NCBI RefSeq assembly: GCF_018977255.1
Contig: NW_024704748.1
Span: 14,508,001-14,572,000 of the forward strand
Direction of reading: 5' to 3'
DNA from: Callorhinchus milii
Lineage: Eukaryota
Length of the DNA stretch: 64,000 nucleotides
This document shows, one piece after another, positions 36,310-48,650 of this stretch. Under the pieces are notes generated by a model, which saw only the letters and a program-made list of their open reading frames with translations, was not told the origin of the DNA and searched no databases. Numbering within the stretch: the stretch's first letter is position 1; each line of letters begins with the position of its first letter. Made by a program: the position numbers and the translations under genes.

Positions 36310-36580
36310 CCCTGGTTTCAATGACCATTATTCATATGTTAGCCTTCACTGTGTTGCCAATCCAGTCTTCGCCCAATATTAATGCACCTTCCTGTCGGGC
36401 TAGCTGGATAGAAACTTGGAGTGAGAAAGTAGGAGTGGGAACCCAGATCCAATCAACTTTTTCATAATCCAAGGATGCTGAGCACAATTTAGCAGATTGT
36501 AATTGTAGCAATTGTAGTCCAATTGCTCGCCTGGCTTATCTGTGTTCAAACCTGCAATCTTCTGCTCTGCATTGCTCAGG
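36310..36580 (-). mobile_element. Decayed ancient SINE family B
   Basis: CCAATCCAGTCTTCGCCCAA...GGAGTGGGAACCC...CAATTGTAG...TTCAAACCTG. Confidence 0.5.
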
Positions 36581-37901
36581 ACAGAAAGATTTATTATATG
36601 GTCTCTGTACCTCGGAAGGAAACACTAAAACCTCAGTAATCTAACACTTTATATGCACTGAGTTTGCTTCCCTCTCACATTTATCTCCTTCCATCTACAA
36701 ATACTCTGATGAAAATAAGGAGGCAACTGCATTCAACTCTACATCCCACAGAGAGTCCCACAAAGTCACCCTTTAGTAAAACATTTTTATCAGAGCCCCA
36801 AGGTGCCTGGCCAATTTGTATTGAAAACATAAGAAGGGGTGTAACTTTATCACTTGCAGGTGATTACAAATTGGCACAGGAGCCACCAGTCAAAAGCATG
36901 CTTTGTTATTTCAATCCCATTTGCTATCTTTTGAACCTAACTGGCTGCTGATAGCCATACTTGGGCCGTCTCCTTCCAATCTTTAAAAACCGCATCAACC
37001 ATCGATTCTGCCTATCTGAGTAAAGAGGACGAAGAGAATGAACCTATATAAAGCGAGTTGTAGACCGTGATTTATTCCCAATAAGTTTGTGTGACGTCTG
37101 TTTATTGGCTCAAGTTCATCATCAGAGTCCCTGGAGTGAAATGTCAGAATTATTGGTCTCTCCCTCCCTTCGTTCCTTACAGCATCTTATGTAGGTCTGT
37201 TACATTCCCGGTGCATTTTGTTCATACTTCTGCGCAACTTTCTGGTGATGGTGGGCAATGAGATTTCATGATTGTCTTTACAGGTCTTAAAAACACACCT
37301 AGGTGTCTGTAAAGTTCCTTTGTGACTCTCTGTAACCATTGTTGACTTTCTGTTTGTTAAAAGGACAAAGTATTGATCAGCCCATAAAATCAGAGGCATT
37401 GAGGTTTGATTTTTGACATTCATCTTTCATTTAATGTTGGTGGAGCAGGTTTGTCTGTTAGATATTGATTTCTGTTTTATATATAAAAAAAAGTAAATTA
37501 AAGGGAGGAGGGTAGAAAGGTCAGTGTTGGAACAGCAGTGGGAAGTGTGAGCAATTTGTTCCAATATTTCTGAGGCAATTGATTTTGATAGCTTGTGCTG
37601 CACTTTCATCATTGCCATGGAGCACGTTCAATATCACAGACATTTATCAGGCAACCATAAAATTAGTATATCGCCTCTGAATTTAATATGCAGAACATTT
37701 CATTGTCAGCATGGCATGACTCCCATTTAGAATCTTAAGACTTCTTGAGTGACTGCCTGAATTGTGCATTGTTTTTATCCATTTTCCTTTCTCTAGTTTA
37801 CTTCCCTTCTCTCCTGATCTCTCCTGGCCTATGCTGGGATACGATTCCCCAAGTGCTAGTGAGCTGCTCTCTGGTATCTTGCTGAAGTGGCCAGTCATTT
37901 A

Positions 37902-38075
37902 TAATAATAATAATCCTTCCATTTAATATAGCGCCTTATCAGATCTTTGAACCATCTCAAAGCATTTCACAGAATATACTGAAGGTGAATTGATTGTATA
38001 TTTTGTGGGTGAAATAATTATTATAATGAATAATAATAATATTCCTTGTATTTGATGTAGCACCTTATCATGTTG
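37902..38075 (-). mobile_element. Two tandem SINE 3' tails
   Basis: (TAA)n TCCTTCCATTTAATATAGCGCCTTATC..., then a second (TAA)n TTCCTTGTATTTGATGTAGCACCTTATC. Confidence 0.75.
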
Positions 38076-39412
38076 GAGTGTGACCACAGCATGGCTGGCT
38101 AATAGCAGTCATTGGCAACAAAGCTTGCTGAGGACAGCCTTATGTAATGTTTTATCTGGAAGAGAGAGACAGCACACAGTCGGGTGCAGGCTCCAGGCTG
38201 CATGACTCCCAAGTTGCTTTCTACAGTTTCCTGTATATCTCCTTAGTACTCATCTTATCAAATCACTTTGAAGGATCAAACGTGGGAGATGGTTCAGGTT
38301 TGAACTACTGGGCATTGCTCATCATCTGCAGGCAGGCTGCCTTTCTTCATATCCCATGGGCACCCCCTCCCTCCCCCAATCAACTAGGTCTGTTTCTTCT
38401 CAAGCTCAGCAAAGTAATACTTTCAAAAGTATCCACCTCTCCACACCTCCCCCCTCCTCCCCCTCCAACCACACATTTACCTCACATAGAATTACTTAAT
38501 CATTGCAAGCCATCTTTCAACTGAATATGTTGTCAGAAATCATGTCCACAACAATGTGCTGACCTTGACATCTGCAAGGAGGTAATTAATAATCTGATTG
38601 TACAGAGCGGCATATGGTCTGAGCAATGGATTGCACACACACACAGAAATAAGTGCAAATCTAGAGGAAAAAAACCAGCTGTCACAAGCTTACTTAACTC
38701 TATGGTGGTGACTTGCACAATGATTTTTGTGCAAAATGTTTTGCGGGCTTTTGAAGAGTGAGGGCAAATGGCAGATAGCGCAGCTACTAAAATAGCACAG
38801 CATCCATTGACAATTGGGATTTTCAAGCTTCCTGAGCTCAGATCCCACTCAAAGCATATTTTTGACCCTTTGGTAAAATTCTCAAAATGTTGAGATAAAT
38901 CGGCAGAAAGATGTCTTGAAGATGTTGTGATTACAGGGCATTTGCGTTTGTTCACTTTTGACTTTGTATCGACTCTGAATCATGCATCGACACTTCATGT
39001 GCTTAAAACCTGCTATAACAATGGTAGGAAAAATAATAGGTAACTTTTTAGTGATGGATCTTTTCACCTACACACCATGCAGCAATGAGAGCAATACTGG
39101 GACCTGCCTCAATGGAAAGCTATTACTGTGAAGTCTTACATAATTACTTCAGTTTAGCTGCAAGGAAGCATCTTACAGTGTGAAAATTCAGCAAGACCAA
39201 AGTTGATTATATAGCTTGTGTGATATAGACAACAGTTATGTTTTTTTAATACTCAATATAATTGGCCACTTTATATCTGTTCAAACCAGATTGTTCTTAA
39301 ACGTTATCAAAAATGTAGTGACCATCTCCTCCTTAGATCTTCTTTCCTGCCCTGATCTCTCTTCAAAATGGTGACTGATACTGAAATATGGTCAACAACT
39401 CAGCCAATTCTG

Positions 39413-41663
39413 CATTAAGTTAGAGGGATACAGTTAAATCCGAGACAAGTATTCTGAATTTAAATAGGGCTAATTTTGTAGGTATGAGGAAAGATTTAGG
39501 TAAAATAGACTGGAGAATAAGATTAAGAGGTAAAAATGTAAACCAACAGTGGCAAATATTTAAGGATGTAGTGCAAAATTCTCAGCGGTCGCATATTCCC
39601 TTGCGGAATAAGAGTACCACAGGGAAAGCAATTCATCCGTGACTAACGAGAGCAGTTAGGGAAAGCATCAAATTAAAAGAAAAGACTTATAAAACTGCCA
39701 AGAAAAGCGGCAAATCTGAAGATTGGGAGAGTTTTAGAAACCAGCAAAATAAAACTAAAAAACTCATTAAGAGTATATAAAGGAGTATGAGGGTAAGCTA
39801 GCTGGGAACATTAAGTCTGATTGTAAAAGTTTTTACAAATGTATTAAGAGGAATAGACGAGTGAGGGTAAATGTAGGTCCACTTCAATCAGACACAGGAG
39901 AAGTTGTAATGGGGGACAAGGACATGACAGAGTCCCTAAATGGGTACTTTGCATCTGTCTTCACCCTAGAAGACACAACAAGTCTGCCAACAATAGAGAT
40001 GCACCAAAGGGATAAGGACAGGGAGCAACTTAGGGAAATTTTCATGAGTAGAGAATTGGTGCAAGGAAAACTGTTAGCACTAGTGGCAAATCCCCTGGTC
40101 CGGATGGCTTGCATCCCAGGGTTTTAAAAGAGGTAGCTTATGAGATAGTGGAGGCCTTACGTCTGATCTTCCAAAATTCCTTGGATTCTGGAACAGTCCC
40201 CATGGATTGGAAGATCGCAAATGTCACACCACTATTTAAAAAAGGTGGAAAGGAAAAGATGGGGAACTATAGGCCAGTTAGTCTCACATCAGTGATAGGA
40301 AAAAATTTAGAATCATTGATTAAGGATGTAGTAGTATTTAGGGGAGCACAATATAATTAGGCCAAGTCAACATGGCTTTACAAAAGGGAAGTCATGTTTG
40401 ACAAATCTCATAGAGTTTTTTGAGGACATTTCCAGTAAACTAGATAAGGGTGAATCAGTGGATGTGGTCTATTTGGACTTCCAGAAGGCATTCGATAAGG
40501 TGCCGCATAAAAGGTTAGTCCAAACGATAAGGGCCCATAGAATTGGGGGGAGCATATTAACGTGGATTGGGGAATGATTAACGGGTAGGAAACAAAGAGT
40601 TGGGATAAATGGGTCCTTTTCAGATTGGCGGGATGTGACTAGTGGAGTGCCACAAGGATCAGTCCTTGGGCCTCAGCTATTTACCATCTACATCAACGAT
40701 CTAGATGAGGACATCAAAGCTAATATATCTAAATTCGCGGATGACACAAAACTAGGAGGAAGTGCCAACACAGAGGACGACATTAAAAAAATGCAGCGAG
40801 ACATAGATAGGTTAGGTGATTGGGCAGGTAGGTGGCAGATGAAGTATAATGTAGGGAAGTGCGAAGTCATCCACCTAGGTAGCAAAAACAGTAGAGCGGG
40901 TTATTTTTTAGAAAGGGAGAGATTGGAATGTGTTAGCGTCCAGAGGGACTTGGGGGTCGTTGTACACCAATCACAGAAAGTTAGTCTGCAGGTGCAGCGA
41001 GCAATTAGGAAGGCGAACGGTATGTTAGCATTCATCATGAAAGGATTAGAGTATAAGAGTAGGGAAGTCTTGCTGCAACTGTATAGGGCCCTGGTGACAC
41101 CACACCTGGAATACTGTGTCCAGTTTCGGTCTCCTCATTTAAGGAAGGATGTACTTGCCTTGGAGGGGGTGCAGCATAGATTTACTAGGTTAGTACCAGG
41201 GTTGAAGGGGATGAGTTACGAGGATAGGCTGACCAATTTGGGCCTATATTCTCTAGAATATAAAAGAATTAGAGGGGATCTTATAGAAACCTATAAGATC
41301 ATCAAAGGGCATGATAGAGTAGATAGTGGGAGATTGTTTCCCCTAGTTGGAGAAATTAAAACCAGGGGTCACAACCTTAAAATCAGAGGCCAGCCCTTTC
41401 GCACTGAGTTGAGGAAGAACTTCTTCACTCAAAGGGTGGTGAATGTATGGAACTCACTACCCCAAAGGGCTGTTGACGCTCATTCCTTGAACATATTCAA
41501 GACTGAGATAGATAGATTTCTTATTGCAAAAGGGTTTAACGGATATGGGGATAAGGCAGGGTCAGGTTATTAGCTGGAATTAGATTAGAAGATTAGCCAT
41601 GATTGAATGGCAGGGCAGGCTCGAAGGGCCGAATGGCCTATTCCTGCTCCTACATGTTATGTT
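39413..41663 (+). mobile_element. CR1-clade LINE, 5'-truncated, disabled ORF2 (RT) plus 3' UTR
   Basis: Motifs PGPDGLHPRVLKE, WKIANVTPLFKKG, NYRPVSLTS, QHGFTKGKSCLTNL, YLDFQKAFDKVPH, GVPQGSVLGP and FADD; TGG>TGA stops near 39640 and 40576 plus frameshifts; 3' end GGGCCGAATGGCCTATTCCTGCTCCTA. Confidence 0.97.
40635..41573 (+). pseudogene. Open C-terminal 312-aa segment of CR1 ORF2 reverse transcriptase
   Basis: ORF track: SGVPQGSVLGP...FADDTKL...TRGHNLK...FFTQRVVNVWNSLP; the upstream frame is disrupted. Confidence 0.93.
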
Positions 41664-42574
41664 AATGGTAGTACCGAGCAGTGGCTTTCCCATCTGTTAG
41701 ACTGGGGTTTAGATCACATTCCCCAATAATATTCTTGACCTTGCTGATGGTAAAAAATTTTTAGAGAAACAAGGGAGAAGGAGCTTGTGAAAGGTGAGTT
41801 CTAGTGGTGAATTTGACCTTTGGTGCCCAGTCACTGCCTTTCTCCTCTGGGTTTTCATCAACTTGCTGTGAGCCCTCTCTGTGCTTACTAGTGCGACTGT
41901 GTTCCATCACGATTACCAAAATAAACATGCCCAGTTTGAGATTGCGGTGTGAGGAAGAACCAGCTGTGGGGAGAGCCAAAGCAGAAACTCAAAGCCACAA
42001 TGTACTGTATTCCCTAAGGGGAGGGAGACTTGACATCCACGGCTTGACGTTGTGCAGGATTAACTCTCTGGATCTGCCACGTTTGGTGGGTTCTTTGCTC
42101 GAATTCCTCAGCAGCAATTTGCCCCCAGAAATGTGAAAGAAGTTTTCAACAGCTTTGAGTGATTGTTATTGAGAGTGGCCATGGACAGTTATGATAATTG
42201 CTGACCCCACACATTGATGGAATTCCTTTCGAATGTTTCACTTCATTGCTGCCACCCGAAAATACATTATTGATAACAATAGATTTACACTTGCTCTTTC
42301 CTTTTTTTAATTATATTCTTCTCCTGTGCCATACATCGTGCCCCTTAAGGGGTGAGGGTAAACAGACATTCATGTATCTGGTCTCAACTTAATTGTGAGT
42401 ATGGAGAAGGCCTGGGACAGAAGAAAAGGACTCTCCTAATCTCTGACTGTGCCCCTAATACACTATGTCCACTGTCCATGTGGCACCACAGCACCTTCAG
42501 TGTGTTCAATTATTTTTTCCTCTTAATTTTCCCCACCGCATAAGCCTCTCTGTGCTGGCCTGGTCTCCTATTGC

Positions 42575-42880
42575 TGGAGTGTGATTGCACAGACACTGGT
42601 TGTCCTCTACCCAAGTGGCCAATGTTTGTGTAAGAGTCCTGGCAGTGAAGTACAGGAGGGTTGATTTGGCTGCCACACATGCACGCAACCAATGGAGGGT
42701 GCTGTGGAGGGACCAAGAGCAGGAACTCTGACTGGATCTCTTTACCCCTGAGAAGATCAGGACCTGATTAGCCTCCCCAATCCAGCTCCAGCTGAAACCA
42801 TCAAACTCAGCATGGCCGAGATTCAAACAAATGAACTCCTGATCTGCAGGCTGCAGCTCTATCCACTACATCATCAGAGC
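42575..42880 (-). mobile_element. Ancient SINE family B
   Basis: TACCCAAGTGGCCA...GAGCAGGAACTCTGACTG...AACTCAGCATGGCCGAGATTCAAAC. Confidence 0.6.
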
Positions 42881-43080
42881 TGCTCCTACATTTTACATAC
42901 CAGTTTTACAATGCTGAGCTTGGCCTGAAAATGAGTAAGTGCAGAGAAGAGGATTCCTGATAATTAATTTGAGAAAGCAATGAGGAAAGTTTAGAAACAA
43001 ACATTAACATTTATGTTGCTGGAGAAACTTAGTACGCGGTTCAAAGTACACTTTGTTTTGTTTGTCAAAGAAATGTTTCA

Positions 43081-43190
43081 TAATAACAATATTTTTTGCA
43101 TTTGATATAGAGCCTTGCACATGGGCAGATGTCTCAAAGTGCTTCACAAGATTTACTGTAAAGTGTAGTGACTTGTATATTTTGCAGGCC
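43081..43190 (-). mobile_element. SINE 3' tail
   Basis: TTGCATTTGATATAG...GATGTCTCAAAGTGCTTCACA...ACTGTAAAGTG. Confidence 0.7.
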
Positions 43191-44034
43191 AAGTGGATTT
43201 ACAGAATCAAAATCGTCGTTCAATAAATCCCTCTTTAACGGTATAACATTATGATTGCCCATTGCCTTCTGGCTTGGTGCGCTTAAAAGGTGAAACAATT
43301 TTTCATAAAGTTTCCCAACCTCATGCATGCCAGAAACGAGGAGTCCTTCCCAACAAGGACTCTTCCCCCCTTAGCTGTCAGGAGCAGCATCCAGTTAGTT
43401 GAAAGAAGACAGACCTGGGCCTCCAGGGATCCAACAATTGAGACAGTCCCACTGCTGTGCTTGTGATCGTGTGACGTGTCATTTTCCTCATCACTCCCAC
43501 AATGCAGCCTTGCACTGACGGGGATAGGCTTGAACAATTCAATTTTCTGCTCCTACAAGGATAAGGATTGACAGGTCATGAAGAAGTACCATTGTGTCTC
43601 TTTCATGTGGTGATGGTATCCTGCAGCTGTTGCCAGATGGGTCAGAAGCAATACAAGCTGGAGTGTCACTTCGCTGACTGGTGCTTATCTGGGATCATTT
43701 ATTGCAAGCCTCTCAGGGCCTAAGATTGCTGACGGATTCCATTGAGGATCACATTGTTTTTGCCAGTTTCTCTTTTCCGTGGAGAGCTTTTGCGAACACT
43801 TTCCTTCCCTCCATTCTGCATACCATTATGAAATAAAAGTCTGAGACATCCCAGTGTTGAGCACTATAAGTTAATCTCTTCAGGAAGATGGAAGCTTGCC
43901 AACAGAGAAGTTGAAAGAGATCTCAGGGTATTATTTGACTCAAAGCCCGCTGTGAACCTAAAGTGTGAAGCAACATTACACAGAATGAAAGGGATACTTT
44001 CAGTTCTGCCAAGGCAGCAAGACAAGAGGCCATG

Positions 44035-44255
44035 GATATGAAGGGCAATATTAGGATAGTCACCAAGAAGTATTTATTTACACAGAGAGACGTTATTGGC
44101 TGGAAGAGGGTTAAGTTAGCAGGAAAGGGTAATGGAGGACAGGACACTAGCCTGACTCGTTTAAGAAACGTTAGGTGCTGAGATGGAAGAGGTGGTATTC
44201 TGGAAAGTTAAGAATACATGGGTCATAGGGTCCTTTCCATCCTCTTGTGATCTTT
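44035..44255 (+). mobile_element. Highly decayed CR1 3' fragment
   Basis: KGNIRIVTKKYLFTQR-like translation followed by TTTAAGAAAC. Confidence 0.45.
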
Positions 44256-45294
44256 ATAAGAATTCTTCTTTTCCCAACATGTTTCCACTCGCTTCTAAGT
44301 CACAACTGCTCCAATTTGTAAAGCCCATTTTGAAGGGATGATACCAAATATCAAATCCAAGGATTATCGAAGAGATACGAGCTTTGTCAGGCTCCAGGAA
44401 AGTATTGGTTTGTGAGAGGGAGGAGAGCCACATGTCTGTTTTGTCACTCTTGTGAGATTAGATATGTGATGGGATGAGGCATTTCAACATGTTGAAAAAC
44501 AGAAAGTTTGTTTTGAAGATTGCGCTATGGTGGGAATTGATAAGTCAGCAATCTTTAAGTTTCTGCTGTAAATTAGCAGATACCATCTGCTGCAGCTTGA
44601 ACTTTTGTTTTAAACCTAAAGATAGTTTTTATCAGTCGGAGCCTGTGCAGTCAGGGCAGCGCTATCATGCTGGCTTGCAATCCACGATTACAAAGCTGGC
44701 AAAGCTTTACAAGACATTTTCCAGATGAAATGCTTAGCTACGGGCTTTTATTGGGGGGAAAAAGTTTTTACTTTGTGTCAAATTTTATCTCCTCTCCATC
44801 CATTCAGCAACGAACGGGTTAATAGCATTTCCTTCCCCATTGGAGTGTTTGTCTCCCCTTCCCCCCCACCGGTGGACTCCGCAGGCTTCTTGTAAGAACT
44901 GGAAATGATATTTTATTGCAATATAGTATCAATTACAAGCCTTTCTATTGGGATTTGATAAAAATACATTGTGACATGTTGGCACTGTGTAATGAGGTCT
45001 GCACCGGTAGTTGCTGTGACAGCTGTCCCACTCAGTACTGCTGACTGCTGGAAAACAGGCCAGTCTTTCAGACAGAATTGAACTCTGGTGCCTACTGGCA
45101 AGTTGGCTTTTTAGCATTAATCTTTTTTTTAACATAAGACGGACAGTTTTAAAGGAGATCACAGCTCTGCTTCACCTCAGTTACAGTGAAAGGGAATACA
45201 TTCCACTTCGGATTGGATTTGTTTTCCTGAGGGGAGAGGGTTTGATGGAGGAGATTCCTGGGGGGAGTGTGTGTGGTGGGTGGGGGAGACTGAG

Positions 45295-45560
45295 AAGAGT
45301 TAGGGACTTTGAGAAGGTAGATTTCCAGGATTGATGCAACAACAAAGCACCTTAGCCGGCTGGGACCCTGAGCTGGGAGTGAGGAAGAAAGGGAGAAATG
45401 AACAAAAGTGCGGATGATGACTTAAAGCAGGCTTTAAAGGTGGGGAAGGAGGGGGCGAGGTGGAGGGATTCTGGAATGGAATTCCAGAGAACGGAGGCAG
45501 AGCATATGAAAGCTTGCCCACCGATAGTTGGGCAGATTGGCCAGGGGGGGCATGAGGTAG
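45295..45560 (-). mobile_element. L2 3' fragment
   Basis: ORF track on the minus strand: TIGGQAFICSASVLWNSIPESLHLAPSFPTFKACFK. Confidence 0.8.
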
Positions 45561-46264
45561 ACAATAAAACACCATTTTTTTCTGCTATTTTAGTCGTTCA
45601 GTAATGTTAATTTTAATTAGTCGTTGGGAAGGTTAGGCCTATCATTGGAATCCCTTTGTCTAAACATTTATATTTCTGGATTTGGGCTGCAATTTCAACT
45701 GGAATGCAGGAAAGCAGCAGAAAGTACTGAAACAATGAGCTGCTTTAATATACAGAGACTGCTTTTCTAATTGCATTTTGATATGTTTCTTTGCAGAATG
45801 CCACACTTCATTGTTCTGTATCTCAGATTAGTGGGGACTACAATCAATGCTGATGAGATGGAGAGATTGAAATGTGAGAACATTTGCAATTAATCCAATG
45901 GGATTCATATTCCTGACTGCAGCCCTAGTTTTAAACACGGAGCAGTGGTTATACAGTCCGACCCTGTGATAAGTAGGGTCACAGTAGGTTGGTTGTGGGC
46001 CTGCACTTTAGTGGACCTTTCTGCTGGTGACTGGCATTCAGTTCATCCTGAAGTGGTATTAGTGGGATCAGACGATACTAATGTTTAATTATAATGTCAA
46101 ACAACAAGTTTGGATGAGCAGTTTGTTGCAGTCAATGGGACTGTCAGTAACCCATTGAACACATTACCTTCCCTCCAACGTATCAGAAGTGGCCATCCTT
46201 ACATTTGTGGCACAGGAAAGGAAATTGGTCATATTCTTGTCCATAGAGAGAGGTTCATTTCTCA

Positions 46265-46425
46265 ATGTCATTCAGTTCATGGCTATTTGTGGGACATTGC
46301 TGTGTGCAAATTAGCAGTCGCGTTCGCCACGAAACACAAAGTCATACTCTACAATAAAAATCCTGTGAGATGTCCACACAATGTGAAAGGCGCTATGCCA
46401 AATGTCAGGATTACTATCATAATAA
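46265..46425 (+). mobile_element. DeuSINE 3' half
   Basis: TTTGTGGGACATTGCTGTGTGCAAATTAGC...GTGAAAGGCGCTAT...GGATTACTAT. Confidence 0.8.
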
Positions 46426-48027
46426 AAAATGATTGCAGGAGCACTTTGTGCCCCCTTCCCCCAGGTTCCATATCACTCTCTTCCTCGACGCTACAGATTG
46501 GCTATGTCCACTGTTCTGGTATTCACATAGGATTTCAATATGATCTCCTGACACAGTGCTCAAAAGCCTTTCCCCTCCTCTCGACAAGCATGAAAAAATA
46601 CAAGTAAATTCATGGGGGCAGGAGTTTGTCTCAGCCCACCTGGTTCTGGCAGTCCACCATGTTGGCAGCGTCAGATGTCGCATTAATGCCTGAGTGGAAC
46701 GGGAGAAGGGAGGCCTGGGCCCCTCATATCAAAGATTGTGATCTGCCCTTGGGGAAGATTTTACATGATTTTTATCAACGGGAGCTCTCGCTTGATCTTA
46801 TGATGCCGACAAAGGGCTTCGATTTGATCTTTGCACATGAATTATTTCAATTGTTTGGTGGGGATTGTGTGTGTGTTTGGGGGTGGGGGGGAGATGCGGT
46901 TGAGAACAATAATTTATTCTAAAATCTGAGGGCTCTGGCATTTCTAAATTTTGCTTGATGAACATTTCAGTTTGTTGGAGGGAAAGAGGTGTAGATCTGG
47001 GGAAGTGGGTGCGGGAGAGAAAAAAAAGGGGTGATTGATTGCGAATAAAGTACTGGTTTATACGTTCACTATAATTACTTTTTAGCTTCGCTTCCTGGGT
47101 CAGGCCCATTTCCCTCCCAGTTTCACAGGGAATCACAGCCAAGCATCGCAGCGCTTTTTGGAGAAAGCAGTGCTCCCGACGACGGTTCAGCTGCTTTAAT
47201 TGACCATTGTTTTGAGATATTTTGTTTCCTGAGTGTAATATTGGTATAATTCATCAACTCGGTTTCTGTGATGGGGAACAAACATCACATACCCATTATC
47301 CCTTAATTGTTTCTCTGGCTTTGTGCCCTTCAATATAGCTTGGTTTCAGCTGCCAGGAATGGTGGATTGGATGCACAGAAACAGAATGGACTTGTGTGGG
47401 GAGTAGTTCAATCTGCTGCAGCTATATAATCTTGGACAGATTTTAGAAGGCTGTAAATACTGAGAAGAAATCAGTTTGAAGCGCTGTGTTTATTTTAATT
47501 GGTAAGGGCTTTATGCGGCTTGGGGAGGGGGCATGGCATGCGTGGGAGCATCATATTGGGACATGCCGGCCAGTTTGATTTAGTAGCCATTAGCCTGTCT
47601 GCCAAGGTTTACAAGGCCTGCCTGATGTGGAGAATTGTGGTCAAGCCTCCAGCAGTGGCTGGTGTCCCTCATTGACACATGTCAAAACAAACCCAGGGCC
47701 CCGAGATCAAAGGAATGATTATAGGATTTATATTTCGGCAAAATGAGTCTGAATCAGGTTAAAATCATTAAGAGCTCCCTTTTGTTTATGGCGCTCTGCT
47801 TCATTTCAAATAAAAAAAAAGCTAGATATATTCCAGAGGTGGATGGGGCAAAATGATTTGACTGCCCAAGGGAACGTTTTTAAAAGTACCCTTTGTTCAT
47901 CCACTTGAAGACTACTGAAAGTAAAAAAAGAAAATTTGTTTAATTTACCATTGCCCCAGTCTCTCTATCCCATCTGTTTCTAGTCAGTAAGCTTAAATGC
48001 CCTTTGCTTTTAGTTTTTTTACAGTAC

Positions 48028-48257
48028 TAATAATCCTTGCATTTGATACAGCGCATTATCACGTCCTCGAAATGTTTCAATGTGTTTCACAGGATTTACT
48101 ACAAGTTGTATTTTGTAGCCAATTTGCACAACCAATGTACCAAATACAGCCATGAAGTGAATGATCAGTTTTATCTGGGGAATCATTGGCCAGGACACCA
48201 GGAGAAATTCCCTTCTCTTTTTAAATAGTGCCATGGGTTCTTTAATGTCCTCCTGAA
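48028..48257 (-). mobile_element. Older DeuSINE (SacSINE1-like) 3' part
   Basis: GGCCAGGACACCAGGAGAA...AAATAGTGCCATGGG, with the Deu core and tail. Confidence 0.8.
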
Positions 48258-48490
48258 ATCTACAAATTTCTGGTTTGTATATTTTAGTGCTGGAGTGAGT
48301 GGTGGCTTTATCCTAACTAGCACAGGTAAGTGAATGTAAATGGAGGGACAACCACTGGGGAAATGATATCTGTGACTGGCGGGTGACACAAAGTCCCACA
48401 ATGGTAGAATCCAGCCTCACAACGACCAAGTGCAGTCATTGGCAGCCTAGATGGTAAGAGCCTGATACATGCAGTGCTGCTCCTCATCAT

Positions 48491-48650
48491 TAAGAACATA
48501 AACGCATAAGAAACTGCTAGGCAAAAGAAGACCAAAGTCCATCCAGGTTGCCTTCTGCCATCCGAGCAGTCGCATGACACGTCCCAAACTATATATTGTA
48601 TCCCGAAATATTACTTCGTAACAGAAATCTATTCAATTTCTCTTGAAACT
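48491..48650 (-). mobile_element. CR1-type 3' end
   Basis: TAAGAACATAA...CATAAGAAA terminal repeats, GACCAAAGTCCATCCAG and AATCTATTCAATTTCTCTTGAA. Confidence 0.6.

Noticed and set aside
48310-48332. CAG|GTAAGT as another recursive site (also weaker AG|GT sites near 3782, 21843 and 22329)
   Set aside because: No strong polypyrimidine tract, or a poor donor
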